From assembly GCA_965243135.1 (NCBI GenBank), contig OZ251539.1, positions 1,248,001-1,312,000 of the forward strand: 64,000 nucleotides of DNA. The letters are read 5' to 3'. The position numbers were made by a program, and so were the translations under genes. The notes below the pieces were generated by a model. It searched no databases and was not told the origin of the DNA. It was given only the letters and a program-made list of their open reading frames with translations. Shown here piece after piece: positions 51,267 through 62,876 of the stretch. This DNA is from Alphaproteobacteria bacterium. GTDB lineage: Bacteria; Pseudomonadota; Alphaproteobacteria; MPNO01; UBA830. The number at the start of each line of letters is the position of its first letter. Within the stretch, counting starts at the first letter, position 1.

Positions 51267-53264
51267 TCAGTCAGCCGCTTCCCACAGGACATCGCGAGCG
51301 TCCGCCGCCGCGCATGCCATCACTGCGCCAGCGAGCTCGTCTCGTTCGCGAGGGCTCGCGTCGACGAGTCGTTCCTGCGCTTCGCGCATAAAGGCGTCGA
51401 CGGCGCGTCCCGCGCCGTTACTCCCGTAGCCGATTGGGCCGGCGTCGCCGCCCGGTCTGGCGAGCGCACGAAGGAACTCCGTCTCCGGGGCGGCTTCGGG
51501 GAATTGCGTCGCCAAGCGTCGCCAATCATCGGGAGCGGCCGAGGCTTGCCAATATCGGCAAGCCTTCCACGCCCAAGCGTGCGGAGGGATCTCCGGGGTC
51601 TCTTCCGGCATCAACCACTGCGAATAGAAGCCGGCCAGCGGATCGCCTTTCAGACTTTCCCGTTTGATCAGATCCGTCGGGGCATCCAGCCCGCGCGCCA
51701 TGGCGATTCGGGCGCGACCGAATTCTCCTGCCAGCTTCCCGCGCCGGAGGAGTTCTTGCAGAGCGCCGGGAGGAGATATCGGCGAGTCCTGATGAGCGGC
51801 CCGCTCTTGAATCTCATCGTTCCAGGCAACGCCAAACGCGGCGGCCGCGGTGTAAGAGCGATCCTGCAATCGGTCGAGCGTTTCCTGCGCTGTCGCATCG
51901 TCGGGGCACCGCTCCATGAATTCGGCAAGCATCGCCTTGGCCTCCGTACTGCGGTGGCGCAAGGCCAGCAATCGGGCCATGACTACGCATGCGTGGCCGT
52001 CATCTCGATCCATCGCGTTCTGCAGGTGGTGCTCGGCCTCATCCCAACAGGCGTCTCCGCGAGAGATCAGGAGGAGCGCCAGTTCGACTCGCGCGTGCAA
52101 GTCATTTGGAAACAGACGCAACATCTCACGCAACGTCGCCTCGTGCGCGTCCCTCCGGTTCTGAACCTTGAACCATTCCGCCCAGAGCATCCAACAATAG
52201 GGATTCGCCGGTTCCCAGATCAAAGCACGTTCAATCATGATCCCGAAGCGAGACATGTCGGCCGAACCGAGCTCATGGCGTTCCAGCAGCGGGGTGCCGA
52301 GGTTGCTCAACGTACGGACGAAGAAGCAGCTCACGCCGGTGGCCATGGCGTAGTCGTGGTTGCGCTCCAGGAGTTCAAACAGACGCCGCGCAAGCGTTTC
52401 CGGCCGATGGTCCGAGCCGAGGATGTCTTGCTTCAATTCACCCCATTCTTCCTGTCTTGCGGGCATGGGAATCGACGCTTTGCCGAAAGAACGAGTCTTG
52501 GCCCGCATGTTGGTTTGCAAGGCGTCGGCCAATTCCTTCGCAATTGGTTCTCCAGCATGCTCCAGAAAACCATCCAGCGCCTCGTTCAAGACCCCGTTCC
52601 AATGTTGGGGGCTACGCGGAAAGAGACCGCGCTGCGCCGCAAAGCAGCGGTTGAAAAAGACGCTTGCTTCGTCGGCTTGGCGGTGGATCTTGACGGCGTG
52701 GCGCAACAGCGCCTGCAGCGTCAGCGCCTGATTCTTCCGCGCGTTGCCCTGGTTCGGCAACATGCGCAGCCCCGCCAGCGCCACGGTCAGATACTCCGGC
52801 CGGGGATCCGCGGCGAGGCGCAACCACAGGGCCGTGCGGCGGGCGTCAGGTTGGCCTCGGGTCATCAGCCTGAAACACTCCAGCCCGGGATCCCGCTCAG
52901 GAGCCAGCCTCAAGGGCGACAGCCAGCGCAGCCAAGCGCCCATGTCCGCATGGATCCGATCCTTGGTCCGCGGCAGATCCAGCAGTTGCAAAGCGACCAA
53001 TGCGTCCCCGACCCGCTTGCCATAGACGGAAAAACCGAGGCGCTCCACCTGAGAAGCATAACCCTCGCGCATGTCGGAAAGCCAGGACCCGAGCGCGTCG
53101 TCAAGCTGCGTGCGTTCGTTGACCATGTTCGCCGGGAATCGCCGATACAGCGATTCCGGCACGTCAAGGCGGAGGTCCGACCCCGGGTCCACACGTCCGC
53201 TGAAAAGGTCGGCGACGGCCCTGTGGGGATCGCAGCGGAAGGCTTCGAGCCATGGATCGCTCAT
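51267..53264 (-). CDS. Hypothetical alpha-helical/TPR-like protein
   Basis: 665-aa ORF from MSDPWLEAF; TPR-like helices (ALIWEPANPYCW, LRLFPNDLHARVELA). Confidence 0.65.
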   Translation of the reverse strand: MSDPWLEAFRCDPHRAVADLFSGRVDPGSDLRLDVPESLYRRFPANMVNERTQLDDALGSWLSDMREGYASQVERLGFSVYGKRVGDALVALQLLDLPRTKDRIHADMGAWLRWLSPLRLAPERDPGLECFRLMTRGQPDARRTALWLRLAADPRPEYLTVALAGLRMLPNQGNARKNQALTLQALLRHAVKIHRQADEASVFFNRCFAAQRGLFPRSPQHWNGVLNEALDGFLEHAGEPIAKELADALQTNMRAKTRSFGKASIPMPARQEEWGELKQDILGSDHRPETLARRLFELLERNHDYAMATGVSCFFVRTLSNLGTPLLERHELGSADMSRFGIMIERALIWEPANPYCWMLWAEWFKVQNRRDAHEATLREMLRLFPNDLHARVELALLLISRGDACWDEAEHHLQNAMDRDDGHACVVMARLLALRHRSTEAKAMLAEFMERCPDDATAQETLDRLQDRSYTAAAAFGVAWNDEIQERAAHQDSPISPPGALQELLRRGKLAGEFGRARIAMARGLDAPTDLIKRESLKGDPLAGFYSQWLMPEETPEIPPHAWAWKACRYWQASAAPDDWRRLATQFPEAAPETEFLRALARPGGDAGPIGYGSNGAGRAVDAFMREAQERLVDASPRERDELAGAVMACAAADARDVLWEAAD

Positions 53265-53486
53265 GTTCGTTCCTCGAAAATCTCGCCGAAATCCTTGCGC
53301 CCGCATGCCTCATGCAGCGCGAGCAGGCGCTGCGCATGATTTTCCCTTGGCGCTGCAACCGAACTGCAGGCATCGATATTGACGATATGGAACGGTCCCC
53401 TGCGTTTCAAATCCCTATAAGCCTCGCTGCCTGTGCAACAGAGCGCTCCCGCCTGTTTGTTCCTCGGTGCAGACGATGCGTGGCCA

Positions 53487-56400
53487 TTACCGACGTTCCA
53501 GTCTTTGGTCGATTTTCACTCGGTTGTCACGCCACTCTGCATCTTGGTCGTAGCATTTCGCAATGCCTTCAAGAACGCTGCTGACATACGGATAGTCGGC
53601 GAGATTTTCCGCTCGACTCCGGTACTTGGTAGCGAGCGCACGCTCTTTCTTTCCGCCTTCTCCGATCATCCTTACTGTTGCCCCCCGCCGGTCGAGGACA
53701 CCAAACTGAAACCCTTGGCCGATATTCTTGGAAGGAAACCTTTCCATCGCTTTGCAAATTGAAGGGCAAGGCCATGCGCCATGTTCTTCGTTCGGACCTC
53801 TGGACAGAATTCGGCCGATGTACCGGTCGCCGATTTCGCTCCGGCCATATTCGGCACATAGCTTCCGCACTTCAGCTATCCACCCGGACAGCTTTTCGAC
53901 TTTGATCTTGTTGTCTTCCCCTGTCCCCGGTACCCGGCGGATTTGACGAAGAAACTTGTAAGACGCAGAAGCCAGCGCCTGCCTTCGTCCCGGGTCGTGA
54001 ATCCGCCATTCAAGCGGATCCTCGCCATCGTCTTCGCGCTTGTACCTCAGAGCGAGCGCTTGAACGAACAGGATAGGCACCTCGAAAATCCATCGTTCCA
54101 GATTCGGAATACCGCGCTCGCTGTATTCGAGCGCCCCAATGTAAAGGAGTTCCAGCTGCGCCATTTCCTCGATGGTGACGCCGCTGCGGCCGCCGAGCTC
54201 GTTCAGGGCATCGAAGAGGGAATCGGCTTCCGGTCCGTGGTCATCGTTTGTCTCGGTGTCCACGGTGACGCATTCAAAGAGAAGGCGTTTCAGCCGCGAC
54301 GTTTCGACCTGTGACCAATCGAAATCCGCGGCTGCGAAGGCAGCCCGAGGGCGTTTCGCTTCGAGCAGGCGATCGATAAGTTCCAGCAACTCGTCTTCGC
54401 CATAGCGGTTCCAAGACGGACGAACCGTCTGCCAGTATTGATTGCCAACTACCTCATCGTACCGGTCGAGCAGGCGCCAAGTGCACCACCCGAACGGAGC
54501 GCCTCGGAAAAACCGAACAATGTCATCCACTTCCGCCCCGTCGGCGGCGGCACATAGAACTGCGCCGCAGGCGTCGTCACCGATGGCTGAGAGAAAACCT
54601 TTGATACAACCATCGACCTTGTTTGCCGGGCTTTCCGCCCGGAGGCATCGGCGCAAAAAGCATGCCTGTTCTTCCCCGTCGTTTATGACCTGTTCAAGGG
54701 AGTGGCCGACAACGTCCGGGGCGCCGCTCCCGGAAACGAGCGCCATCACGCCTTCAAATCCTTGATCCTTCCATATTTCCCTCACCGCTGATACGCGAAG
54801 CGACCGGACTCGTTCGTTGTGCTGGGTGATATCCAGAGGCTCTTCCTCGAATTCTGGTCTGCGGATCCAATGATTCGCGAATAGCCATGCGTGCCCAATC
54901 ACCAGATCGCCGGGTCGTAGTTTCTCGTACGCTGCGCGGGCTCGATCCCTCGACGCGACGTTCAAATCGCCTCTGCCTGCGCGTCGCGCGAGCGCCGTTC
55001 GGTGGATCCGTCTCCTGAGATCGGCTTTGGCCTCGTCATCGGTTGCGGTATCCGCCCACTCATCGACCCGATCCCAAACTTTCGTCTGGTCCTTGTCGTC
55101 CATCTCATGGAGACGTTCCACCAGATTGCCGAGAGTTCTCCGGTCATGGTTCGACCATGCAAATGCGATGTCGATTGCATAGCGTCGGAACTCGTCAATC
55201 TCTTCCTGTGCCGTCACAGGACTTTCAGCGCTGAACGCATCCCTGCGCCATCGCGGCCGGTAGGATGGAAACACCGCTGGATCGGAATCCAGCTGTTTGA
55301 TGCAGATCTGCCACCCGACATCAGGAAATTTCTGCGTCAGCGTTTCAAGAGCCTGCTTCCGATCCGGAAGCGGAGCGGCAGTTCGGGGAAACCGCGGCCG
55401 GAAGATCGCTTGGAGGCTGGCAACAGGTTTGTTCAACCAGTTATCGTCGATCACAGTTCTCGACAATTTCGCGAGAATCAGGCTGACTCGTGTGACGTAC
55501 TTCCATGCGAGGCACTCAAGCGCCCACAGGAAGCCGGAGCGCGGACATCCACCGCCAAGCGGTCCGCTTCCGGCGGACTGCAACAGGCCGAACACGACCG
55601 GCTCACTTTGACGCAAATCTTCTTCGACGATCTCCAAAAACACTTCCGGTGCCGCCTCTGCGTAGAGCGGAATTTCCCGGTCATGAGAACGCAGCAGGTC
55701 GAGGTCCAGCGGACTGAGCAACCTGCGTATCAATTCGGAAATTTCAGTCGCAAGATCGATGCCGAGCCGACGCCGGAACAGTTTGTTGCCGTACACCGAA
55801 AGGATGACGAGCGTTTCGCAGATCCCGTCGCGCAGCGCGGCGGAATGGGTGCGCACCTTGCCGTGCATTGCAGCGGCCCATCTCTCGTTTTCCGGAAGTT
55901 CAAGCGCCGGATCTCCTTCCGAGAGAACATGCTCTGCCAACTCCATAAATTTCGTGATGTCTTGTTCGATCACGTGACGGTGGATGGCGAACAGGGCATC
56001 GATCTTCGCAGCTGCACCGCGGTAATTGCCCACCGACCAGACCGGGCTGTCCTCGATATCGAGCAGACCCGTGACGTTCCTTTCAATCTCCTGAGGGAGC
56101 TCGGCAGCAAGGCGTACGATGATTTTCTGATCGGCATCGGATTTGGCATCCCAAGCCCCGAGCAAGGCGATCGGGATCAGCTTTCTTGCAGTTTCCTCGC
56201 TCTCGGCCCATTGGGGGTTCCTGATAGCTGGGATCTGCGAAAGCCGCCGTCGTAAAATCGTCGGGCTTCGTGCGGACTTCCGCGCAAGTCTGTCGATCTC
56301 GTCTTCCTCGATGTCCATCGCTGCGAGCGCTCTCCTGAACGCGCCGTCATCCAGGATTTCAAGCGCAATGTCGGGCTGCAATTCGAAGGTGCCGCAAAGC

Positions 56401-57533
56401 CGGACGGCAATGCAGCGGCGGCTGCTACGAAACCCTGCCAGTTCGCGCTCCGCTTCTTCGGTAGGAACGACCGGAATGAATGACGCCGACGATTCCGCCA
56501 GCCTCCGCAGCGTTTCGGTTGATCTGAACACCGCCGCCAGATCTGCCCAAGGCTCGCCGATCTTTCGGAACAGGCAATGAAGAAAAGCCAACGCTTCGTC
56601 CCTGGAATCGGCCGTGACCACGAACGGACGTTCGCTTGGTTTCGCGAGCCAGTTTTCGAATTCCTTGCGATGCGCGTCGACTGAAGATTTAAATATCTCG
56701 GGCTTCATCTCCGGCTGGGTCGCTTCGGCCCAACGCCGCCAGCAACTGTCTAGCGTCTCGAAGCCTTCTGTAGGGATGCCGAGCTTCTCGGCGAGCCACA
56801 TCCGTGGGGCAATCGATCCTTCAAGCCATTGCTCAAGGTCACTCGCATCCAGCGCACGGACCTCTTTCCAGCCGTCCCGTTTGCTATCGGCCCATTCCGT
56901 TTTGCCGGTCCAGTTGCGCGGCGTGACGAAGACGTATGTGCATTCGCTCCTCTCGTTCGGCGGGACGGAAGCGAGTCGTTTGCTGTAATCGCACTCCGCC
57001 TTGCGGCCTGGATTCTGACCGGTTCCCAATTCCCAGCAGGATTTGCCCTCCGGGATCCACGGCGTCGGTGCCCCGGCTTCCACGTAGCCATCCCAACCTC
57101 TGCGGGCGGCGTTGTCGTAACCATGAAAGTCGACCCGGCACAGATCGCGGCCGGTCGAATGCACGAGCATCCGGACAAGCACCGGCAGCAACTCCCGTGA
57201 TTCCGAATTGCCGCACGACCAGTTGTGCAGCTGCCCAGCCTTGATCGTAAGGAAGCCGGGGACGTAGGGGTGCACTGCGACCGCGTTCTCCGCCGCCGCT
57301 CGGGCATGCCGGTCGAACGCCGTCTGCCGATCAAGAAGCTCTTGGCGGTCGGCTCCGAACACCTTCTCCAATCTGCCGGCCATCTTGGGAGAGAGCGACG
57401 AGTTGCCGTTCAACATGTTTGATAGGGCGGGCCTGCCTACACCGAGTCTCCCAGCGGCTTCCGTCACCGACATGCCGACCGGGATGACGTGTTCTCGAAC
57501 GAACGTGCCGGGGTGTGCGGGGTGTCGCGACAT
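53487..57533 (-). CDS. Large HigA-type HTH fusion protein (1348 aa) with a putative restriction-endonuclease-like domain and helical C-terminus
   Basis: HPG..VRE...MSVTEAA..LGVGRPALSNMLNG..SLSP.MA.RLE HTH, then GWDGYV...SCWELG...KAECDYSKR; GGAGG RBS upstream. Confidence 0.75.
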   Translation of the reverse strand: MSRHPAHPGTFVREHVIPVGMSVTEAAGRLGVGRPALSNMLNGNSSLSPKMAGRLEKVFGADRQELLDRQTAFDRHARAAAENAVAVHPYVPGFLTIKAGQLHNWSCGNSESRELLPVLVRMLVHSTGRDLCRVDFHGYDNAARRGWDGYVEAGAPTPWIPEGKSCWELGTGQNPGRKAECDYSKRLASVPPNERSECTYVFVTPRNWTGKTEWADSKRDGWKEVRALDASDLEQWLEGSIAPRMWLAEKLGIPTEGFETLDSCWRRWAEATQPEMKPEIFKSSVDAHRKEFENWLAKPSERPFVVTADSRDEALAFLHCLFRKIGEPWADLAAVFRSTETLRRLAESSASFIPVVPTEEAERELAGFRSSRRCIAVRLCGTFELQPDIALEILDDGAFRRALAAMDIEEDEIDRLARKSARSPTILRRRLSQIPAIRNPQWAESEETARKLIPIALLGAWDAKSDADQKIIVRLAAELPQEIERNVTGLLDIEDSPVWSVGNYRGAAAKIDALFAIHRHVIEQDITKFMELAEHVLSEGDPALELPENERWAAAMHGKVRTHSAALRDGICETLVILSVYGNKLFRRRLGIDLATEISELIRRLLSPLDLDLLRSHDREIPLYAEAAPEVFLEIVEEDLRQSEPVVFGLLQSAGSGPLGGGCPRSGFLWALECLAWKYVTRVSLILAKLSRTVIDDNWLNKPVASLQAIFRPRFPRTAAPLPDRKQALETLTQKFPDVGWQICIKQLDSDPAVFPSYRPRWRRDAFSAESPVTAQEEIDEFRRYAIDIAFAWSNHDRRTLGNLVERLHEMDDKDQTKVWDRVDEWADTATDDEAKADLRRRIHRTALARRAGRGDLNVASRDRARAAYEKLRPGDLVIGHAWLFANHWIRRPEFEEEPLDITQHNERVRSLRVSAVREIWKDQGFEGVMALVSGSGAPDVVGHSLEQVINDGEEQACFLRRCLRAESPANKVDGCIKGFLSAIGDDACGAVLCAAADGAEVDDIVRFFRGAPFGWCTWRLLDRYDEVVGNQYWQTVRPSWNRYGEDELLELIDRLLEAKRPRAAFAAADFDWSQVETSRLKRLLFECVTVDTETNDDHGPEADSLFDALNELGGRSGVTIEEMAQLELLYIGALEYSERGIPNLERWIFEVPILFVQALALRYKREDDGEDPLEWRIHDPGRRQALASASYKFLRQIRRVPGTGEDNKIKVEKLSGWIAEVRKLCAEYGRSEIGDRYIGRILSRGPNEEHGAWPCPSICKAMERFPSKNIGQGFQFGVLDRRGATVRMIGEGGKKERALATKYRSRAENLADYPYVSSVLEGIAKCYDQDAEWRDNRVKIDQRLERR

Positions 57534-57559
57534 GAAACAGTCCTCCAAGTGCAAAATAT

Positions 57560-57588
57560 ATTGTAGCGTGTAGCGCAACGAGAGTCAA
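57560..57588 (-). promoter_or_regulatory. sigma70-like promoter of the HigA-fusion gene (duplicated at ~63222-63251)
   Basis: TTGACT-17 nt-TACAAT, followed by GGAGG and ATG at 57533. Confidence 0.65.
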
Positions 57589-58751
57589 CAAAAAGATCTC
57601 AAGCGTCAGGACTTGAGCTTTGGTTCGCAATGTAAGGCTTTTCCGCGTGTTGATGCTCGTGACCTGCCGCATCGAGCTCGCAAGCGAAGCGCTTCGGTGG
57701 CGAAAGGATCAATGCGTTTCCGTGGACAGGCGCGATGCCGCTGTCGTGCGCAGACGGTCGATGGTAAGCGTTCGCTACCCAAGGGACGAAAAAAATTTCG
57801 CCCGGGGACCGGACACGGGACCCTTGCGCACCGGATTTGCGACCGATGGACGGGGGCTTTGCTGTCGGCAACGCCCGCAGCGGGACGAAGCGCGTGCGTC
57901 GCGCGGAGGTAAGGGCAGCGTTCCGGAAAACGCAGCGCCGCCGAAGCGGCGCGCAACGAGTTGAAGCGCCTGAAGTCGGCCTCTTCGGCGAACGAACTTG
58001 AGCGGGAAGCGGGCCTCCACGGCGAAGTCGAGGAAGCGCCGCGACATTGTCGCCGGCTCCGTTCGACCTGCACATGCGCATCGAGGCGGGAGGCGCGCCA
58101 ACGCCGCGGTCGGTCGCGAACGACGGTGCCGGTACCGGGACTTGCGCCGTGCGACTGCGACAGTCGCTCGACTTCGAGGTCTTGTCGGCGGGGAACGGCG
58201 TCAGGCGCCCCTCGTTCGCGCCCCGTCCGCCGACGTCGTTCGTTCGGCGACGGTTTCCGGCGCGGCGGTCTGGCGGCCGGCTATCAGCGCCTTGAGCGCC
58301 GTCATGTTCTCCTCGTGGCGGCGTTCTTCGGCTTCGCACTGCTGTTGCCCGCGTTCGTCGTTGGCACGGACCATCGCACGGATGCCATACCAGATGCCGA
58401 CGGCCGCGAGGACAGCCACGATCACGGACACCTCGCTCAGATGTTTGCACGCAGAGTCGACCGCCCGTTCGTCGGACCCAGTAAAAGATCTGACCGTCTT
58501 GGTAGATTGGGCGGCCCTCCCGTCCCGTGCGTAGTTGTAGAGCGTGCAGCGGAAACCTGGCCAATACTTGAAAATCAACGCCTTACGGATTATCCAGTTT
58601 GGCAATGCCAGATTTGCACCCGCTGCAACGGTTTACAGTCTGTGGGGTTTCCCCTCGCAGATCGTGTAGCTGGAGCTGATTGATTTTTCTCCATATACTG
58701 CGAAGCGGAGGCCTCATGCAGTTAGTTGTGGTGAGATATCTGGGGTAGACG

Positions 58752-59138
58752 ATGAATTACGCTTTCGCATTCCGGTTGGTCGAACACGGATCGGGGACAA
58801 AGCTCATCCTTCATCACGGCAGGGCTGTAGAGGACATGACTACAGAGGAAATCGTCCTCAACAAGGAGGAAACGTCAGGGATGTTGGGAGCACTACACGA
58901 AGTGAGGACGAGTGTGGAAGGAAAAGGGGAATTCCCATATGGAACGCTCGTCTGCCCCAGAAAATGCAACAACGGAGCAAACCAGTACACGGTGCTCCAC
59001 CGGCCGGAACAAACCTTCGCGCTACTGCAGACACCGAATGGAGCTCAGCTGCCGCTCGAGCTCAGGGCAATACGAGATATGGAAAGTGCGTTTGAGAGAG
59101 CAAACGCCGCCTTGAACAGAAGAACGGAAATACGGTAA
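58752..59138 (+). CDS. Hypothetical protein (128 aa)
   Basis: ATG-started ORF in a lower-GC segment; no recognisable motif. Confidence 0.5.
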   Translation: MNYAFAFRLVEHGSGTKLILHHGRAVEDMTTEEIVLNKEETSGMLGALHEVRTSVEGKGEFPYGTLVCPRKCNNGANQYTVLHRPEQTFALLQTPNGAQLPLELRAIRDMESAFERANAALNRRTEIR

Positions 59139-59625
59139 AGCAGTAGAGGTCACCGTGGTCGAAGACAGAGGCCGGAACGCGCTGATAGCGTCCTAAGGGG
59201 CTATTGGAGGAACGCAGAAAAGAGATAGCAAAAGGGCGGTTTGGAAAACTGTTTTCATGTACCGAGCCAAACGCTCATGATCGGCGCCTGCTCACCCCGT
59301 AGCATGTAACTTTGGGTACGGTTCACCCGGCCTCGCGCCGCTCGCCGACGTATCCGTTCCGCGTTCGGGCGTCGCGGCGCGAAGACAGGGCGTTACGGGG
59401 CAGCCCTCAGCGTCACGCTCCCGAATTATCGAACGGCGACCGCCACAGCGAAAAAATCTTAGATTTGCGGAACGGTCTGGTGTGGCCGACAGCTCGGGGT
59501 TAGTTACACAACAACAAGTGGTCGGGACGATCTCGGCACCGAACCGAAAAGGGGAGGGTATGTCGTGACCCACCGTCTGCCGACAACGACGCTTCCTCGC
59601 CAAGTCTCCCGCAAAGGTCTGTTGC

Positions 59626-59642
59626 CTTAGCGGGAATTTCTG
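59626..59642. mobile_element. Orphan terminal inverted repeat of the IS family at 1963-3606
   Basis: ttagcgggaatttctg is identical to 3591-3606; no partner end or transposase seen nearby. Confidence 0.6.
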
Positions 59643-59680
59643 TTTAGGCTGTTGTTCCTCACTGTAACATGTTGATGCAT

Positions 59681-62600
59681 ATGGCGTTTACCCCCCCCCC
59701 CCCCGGACGAGGAGCTTGCGCTCCAAGCGGCGGGCGACCTTCTGTCGGCGAGCTCCCGGGTGCCTGAAGACCGAAACCGCCAGAACCTCGGACGTCTATT
59801 CGACGCGCTGAGGATCGAAAATCTTCTCACCTATCCGACGGAGGCGGGTCCGGCCGACCTTTATTTGCCGCGACGGCGAACCGTCATAGAAACCAAGAGG
59901 AGCGGTCTCGCGGCCGATCCCGACAGGCGGCAGGCGGGCGAAGGGTCGGAGACGCCCCGCGAACAGCTGGAGCGGTATCTGCGCGCGGAGATCGAGCGAG
60001 AAGCTAGCATTCCCGACCTGTTCGACACCGAGGAGGAACGAAGGCGGCCGTGGGTCGGTGTTCTGACCGACGGGCGTAATTGGCATGCCTGGCGTTACAA
60101 GCATCAGCCGGGTGCGGTCGGAATACCCGTCTTCAAAGACTTCCGGCCGACCAACCAGCGCCAGCTTCTGGATCGCGTGAAGGGTCTCGTGGGCGACGAG
60201 CCGCTGGGGAAACCTTGGATTCCACTTGAGTCGACGAAGATATTCGCGCCGCACAAGGAGTCTCTCGACGCGCTCCTCGGCGCTCTTACCGGCGGCCAGC
60301 GACAGCGCACCGAAACGAAGTTCCAGCTCTGGCTCGACATGCTCAGGACATCTTGCATGGCGCCCGAGACGGAGCGCGACCAATGGCGCATGTTCGTGGC
60401 GCACTCGTTTCTCGTCACTATCGCACGGGGTGTCATACATACCGTCAGTGAACCTCGTCAACGACCGGATTCCGGGCGAATTCTCGGCGACGGTTTCGTT
60501 GCTTGGATTCTCGAAAGCGACCGCGGCCGGAACTGGGCGCAGAACGTGCTGGACCAAATCCATGGATACGAATGGCGGCTTCCGCGAGGAGACATTCTCC
60601 GCACCGTCTACCAGAACTTCATCGATCAAGCCGATCGCAAGATCTTCGGTGAATATTACACGCCGGACTGGTTGGCGGCTCTGCTCGTTGACGATATACT
60701 CGACGACGAATGGTGCGAGCACGCCGTTAAGCGGGCGCTGTCCGCTGAGAGAAGAGCGATGCCGATCCGGAACGTCGGGGTTCTCGATCCAACCTGCGGT
60801 TCGGGAACATTTCTGTATCACGCCGCTGAGAAGCTGCTGAAAGCGAAGGCGCTCCGAAACAGGCCGCCGACGAAGAAAGCGGAGATCGTCACCCGCTTGG
60901 TGCACGGGCTGGACATCCATCCGGTCGCTGTCGAGATCGCGCGGGCGACCTTGCTTCGCGCCTTGCCTAAGGCACCTCCTGAAGAGGGAGATGCCATCCA
61001 GATCCACCAAGGCGATGCGCTCATTACCAGCAGCCGGGAACATCTCCGTCAGGGAAGCCTGTTCAGTTCGGAGGGCGGCGAGTTCCGCATCGAAACGCCG
61101 AAGGGGCGCGAAATATTCCTGCCGAAGAGTTTCGCCGAGAGCAGGTCTTTCATACCCGATATGCGGCGAATCGTTGCGGCCGCGAGTGGCGGCGAACCCT
61201 TGCCGGTAGATGTTCTTGAAGGGCTTTCCGACAGCAAGGATCGGTGCGCGCTCCAGACGGCGCACGAAACGATCAGGAAAGTCATCGAAACGGAAGGCAA
61301 TTCGATTTGGGCGTGGTACATCGGCAACATCACCGCTCCGATCTTGCTCTCGGAACGCAAGGTCGACCGCATCGTCGCCAATCCGCCATGGGTCGTTCTG
61401 AGCGATGTCCAGGTCAAGGTGCGCAAGCGGGCGCTAGAGGAACTCGCCGGAAAACCCTTGGACAAGGACGGTCCGGTTCCAGGCTCGCTCGAACTGTGGA
61501 CTGGCGGCAGGCAGGCGACAGGTTTCGATATCGCGCAGTTGTTCGTGAAGCGCTGCCGCGAGAAATATCTTTCCGACCCGAAGCGCGATCCCGCCGCCTG
61601 GCTGGTGAACGCGGCAGCCATGCGGGCAGGTAACTGGGAAGCTTTTCGGGCCTGGCACGAAGCGCATCTCGAACAGGTTCTGGACTTCAGCGAGCTCAAG
61701 CAACCTCCTTTCAGCGGCGCCGCTTCCTGTGCGCTATTCGAGCACCGCACCTGTCGACAGCCTTGTGACCGGCATGTCATGGTGCGGACCTCTGGGGAAA
61801 AGATCACGTCGGAGACGGTCCCCAAGGAGGCAAAGCGGCTGCTCGAATTCAGGAAGGCGCGGAAGAGAACGCGCCGCGCGCCATCGGACTACATCGGCCG
61901 GTTCCGCCAAGGCGCCACGGTAGTGCCGCATGTCTTGGTCCTGCTGGACCGGGTCGAGGTCGATGGCGACGAGGCCGTGGTAACGACGAAAACACCGGGA
62001 AAGGGAAGCAAGAAGCCTTGGAATGAACTCCGGCCCCGCAACGGGCGGATACCGCGGGAATGGATAGGACAGGTGCTTTTTTCCGAAGATCTCTTCCCGT
62101 TTTGCATCCGAAGCGTGCAGGTGCAGGCAATCATTCCAATCAACGAAGGCGGAGCGCTTCACCACGATCCACGCAGCGCGACGGAGTTTTGGAGGCAGCT
62201 TGACGACGACTACCGGGAGTATCGCGGAAAAGGCCGTGCGACGCCGAAAACGCTGCTCGGCAACATCGACTACTTGGGAAAGCTGTCCCGACAACTTCCG
62301 TTGTCGGATTCGAAGAAAAAGTGCGTGGTTTTGTATCCGAAATCAGGGAAGATCATGCGGGCGGCGCGTGCTCCTCTAGCGACGACGCTGGTCAACGACA
62401 GCGTTTATCGTTGGAACGCGGGCAGCCGCGACGAAGCAGCATACTTGGTCGCGTTACTCAATGCGCCGACATTGCGGACCGCGTTTGCCGACGCACGCGG
62501 CTCGGACCGTGATTTCCATCTCTCGCCGTGGATGAACGTTCCCATTCCGCGGTTCGATCCGGAAAATGCCGGCCACACGCGGCTGGCGGAACTTACCAGG

Positions 62601-62759
62601 GCAGCCGAGGATCTCGCGAAGCCGTGGCGATACGACGAAAAAAACAGACAGATTACGATCTCGAGGCGCATCGGCGAAACCCTCAAGAAGAAAAAAATCC
62701 TTCAAGACATCGATGAAATTACGCGTAGACTGCTGCCCGATCAATGCGAGGGCCGGTAA
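59681..62759 (+). CDS. Type IIG-like restriction-modification enzyme (REase + N6-MTase + TRD), C14 tract at 5' end
   Basis: PADL...IETK nuclease motif, GEYYTP, LDPTCGSGTFL, NPPW. ATG 59681 is out of frame with the body unless the tract is C13; alternative GTG start at 59760. Confidence 0.82.
59691..59704 (+). repeat. Poly-C(14) tract
   Basis: Counted directly from the sequence. Confidence 0.9.
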
Positions 62760-62876
62760 ACGGCGGTCGCGATGGCGTGCGGGTTTCACTCGCAAGACTC
62801 GAAGATTCGGAAATTTCGGGGTGGCGGCCGTTAGGAAAAAAGGAAACGGGAAATGGCTATCTTCAAGGCCGATTGT

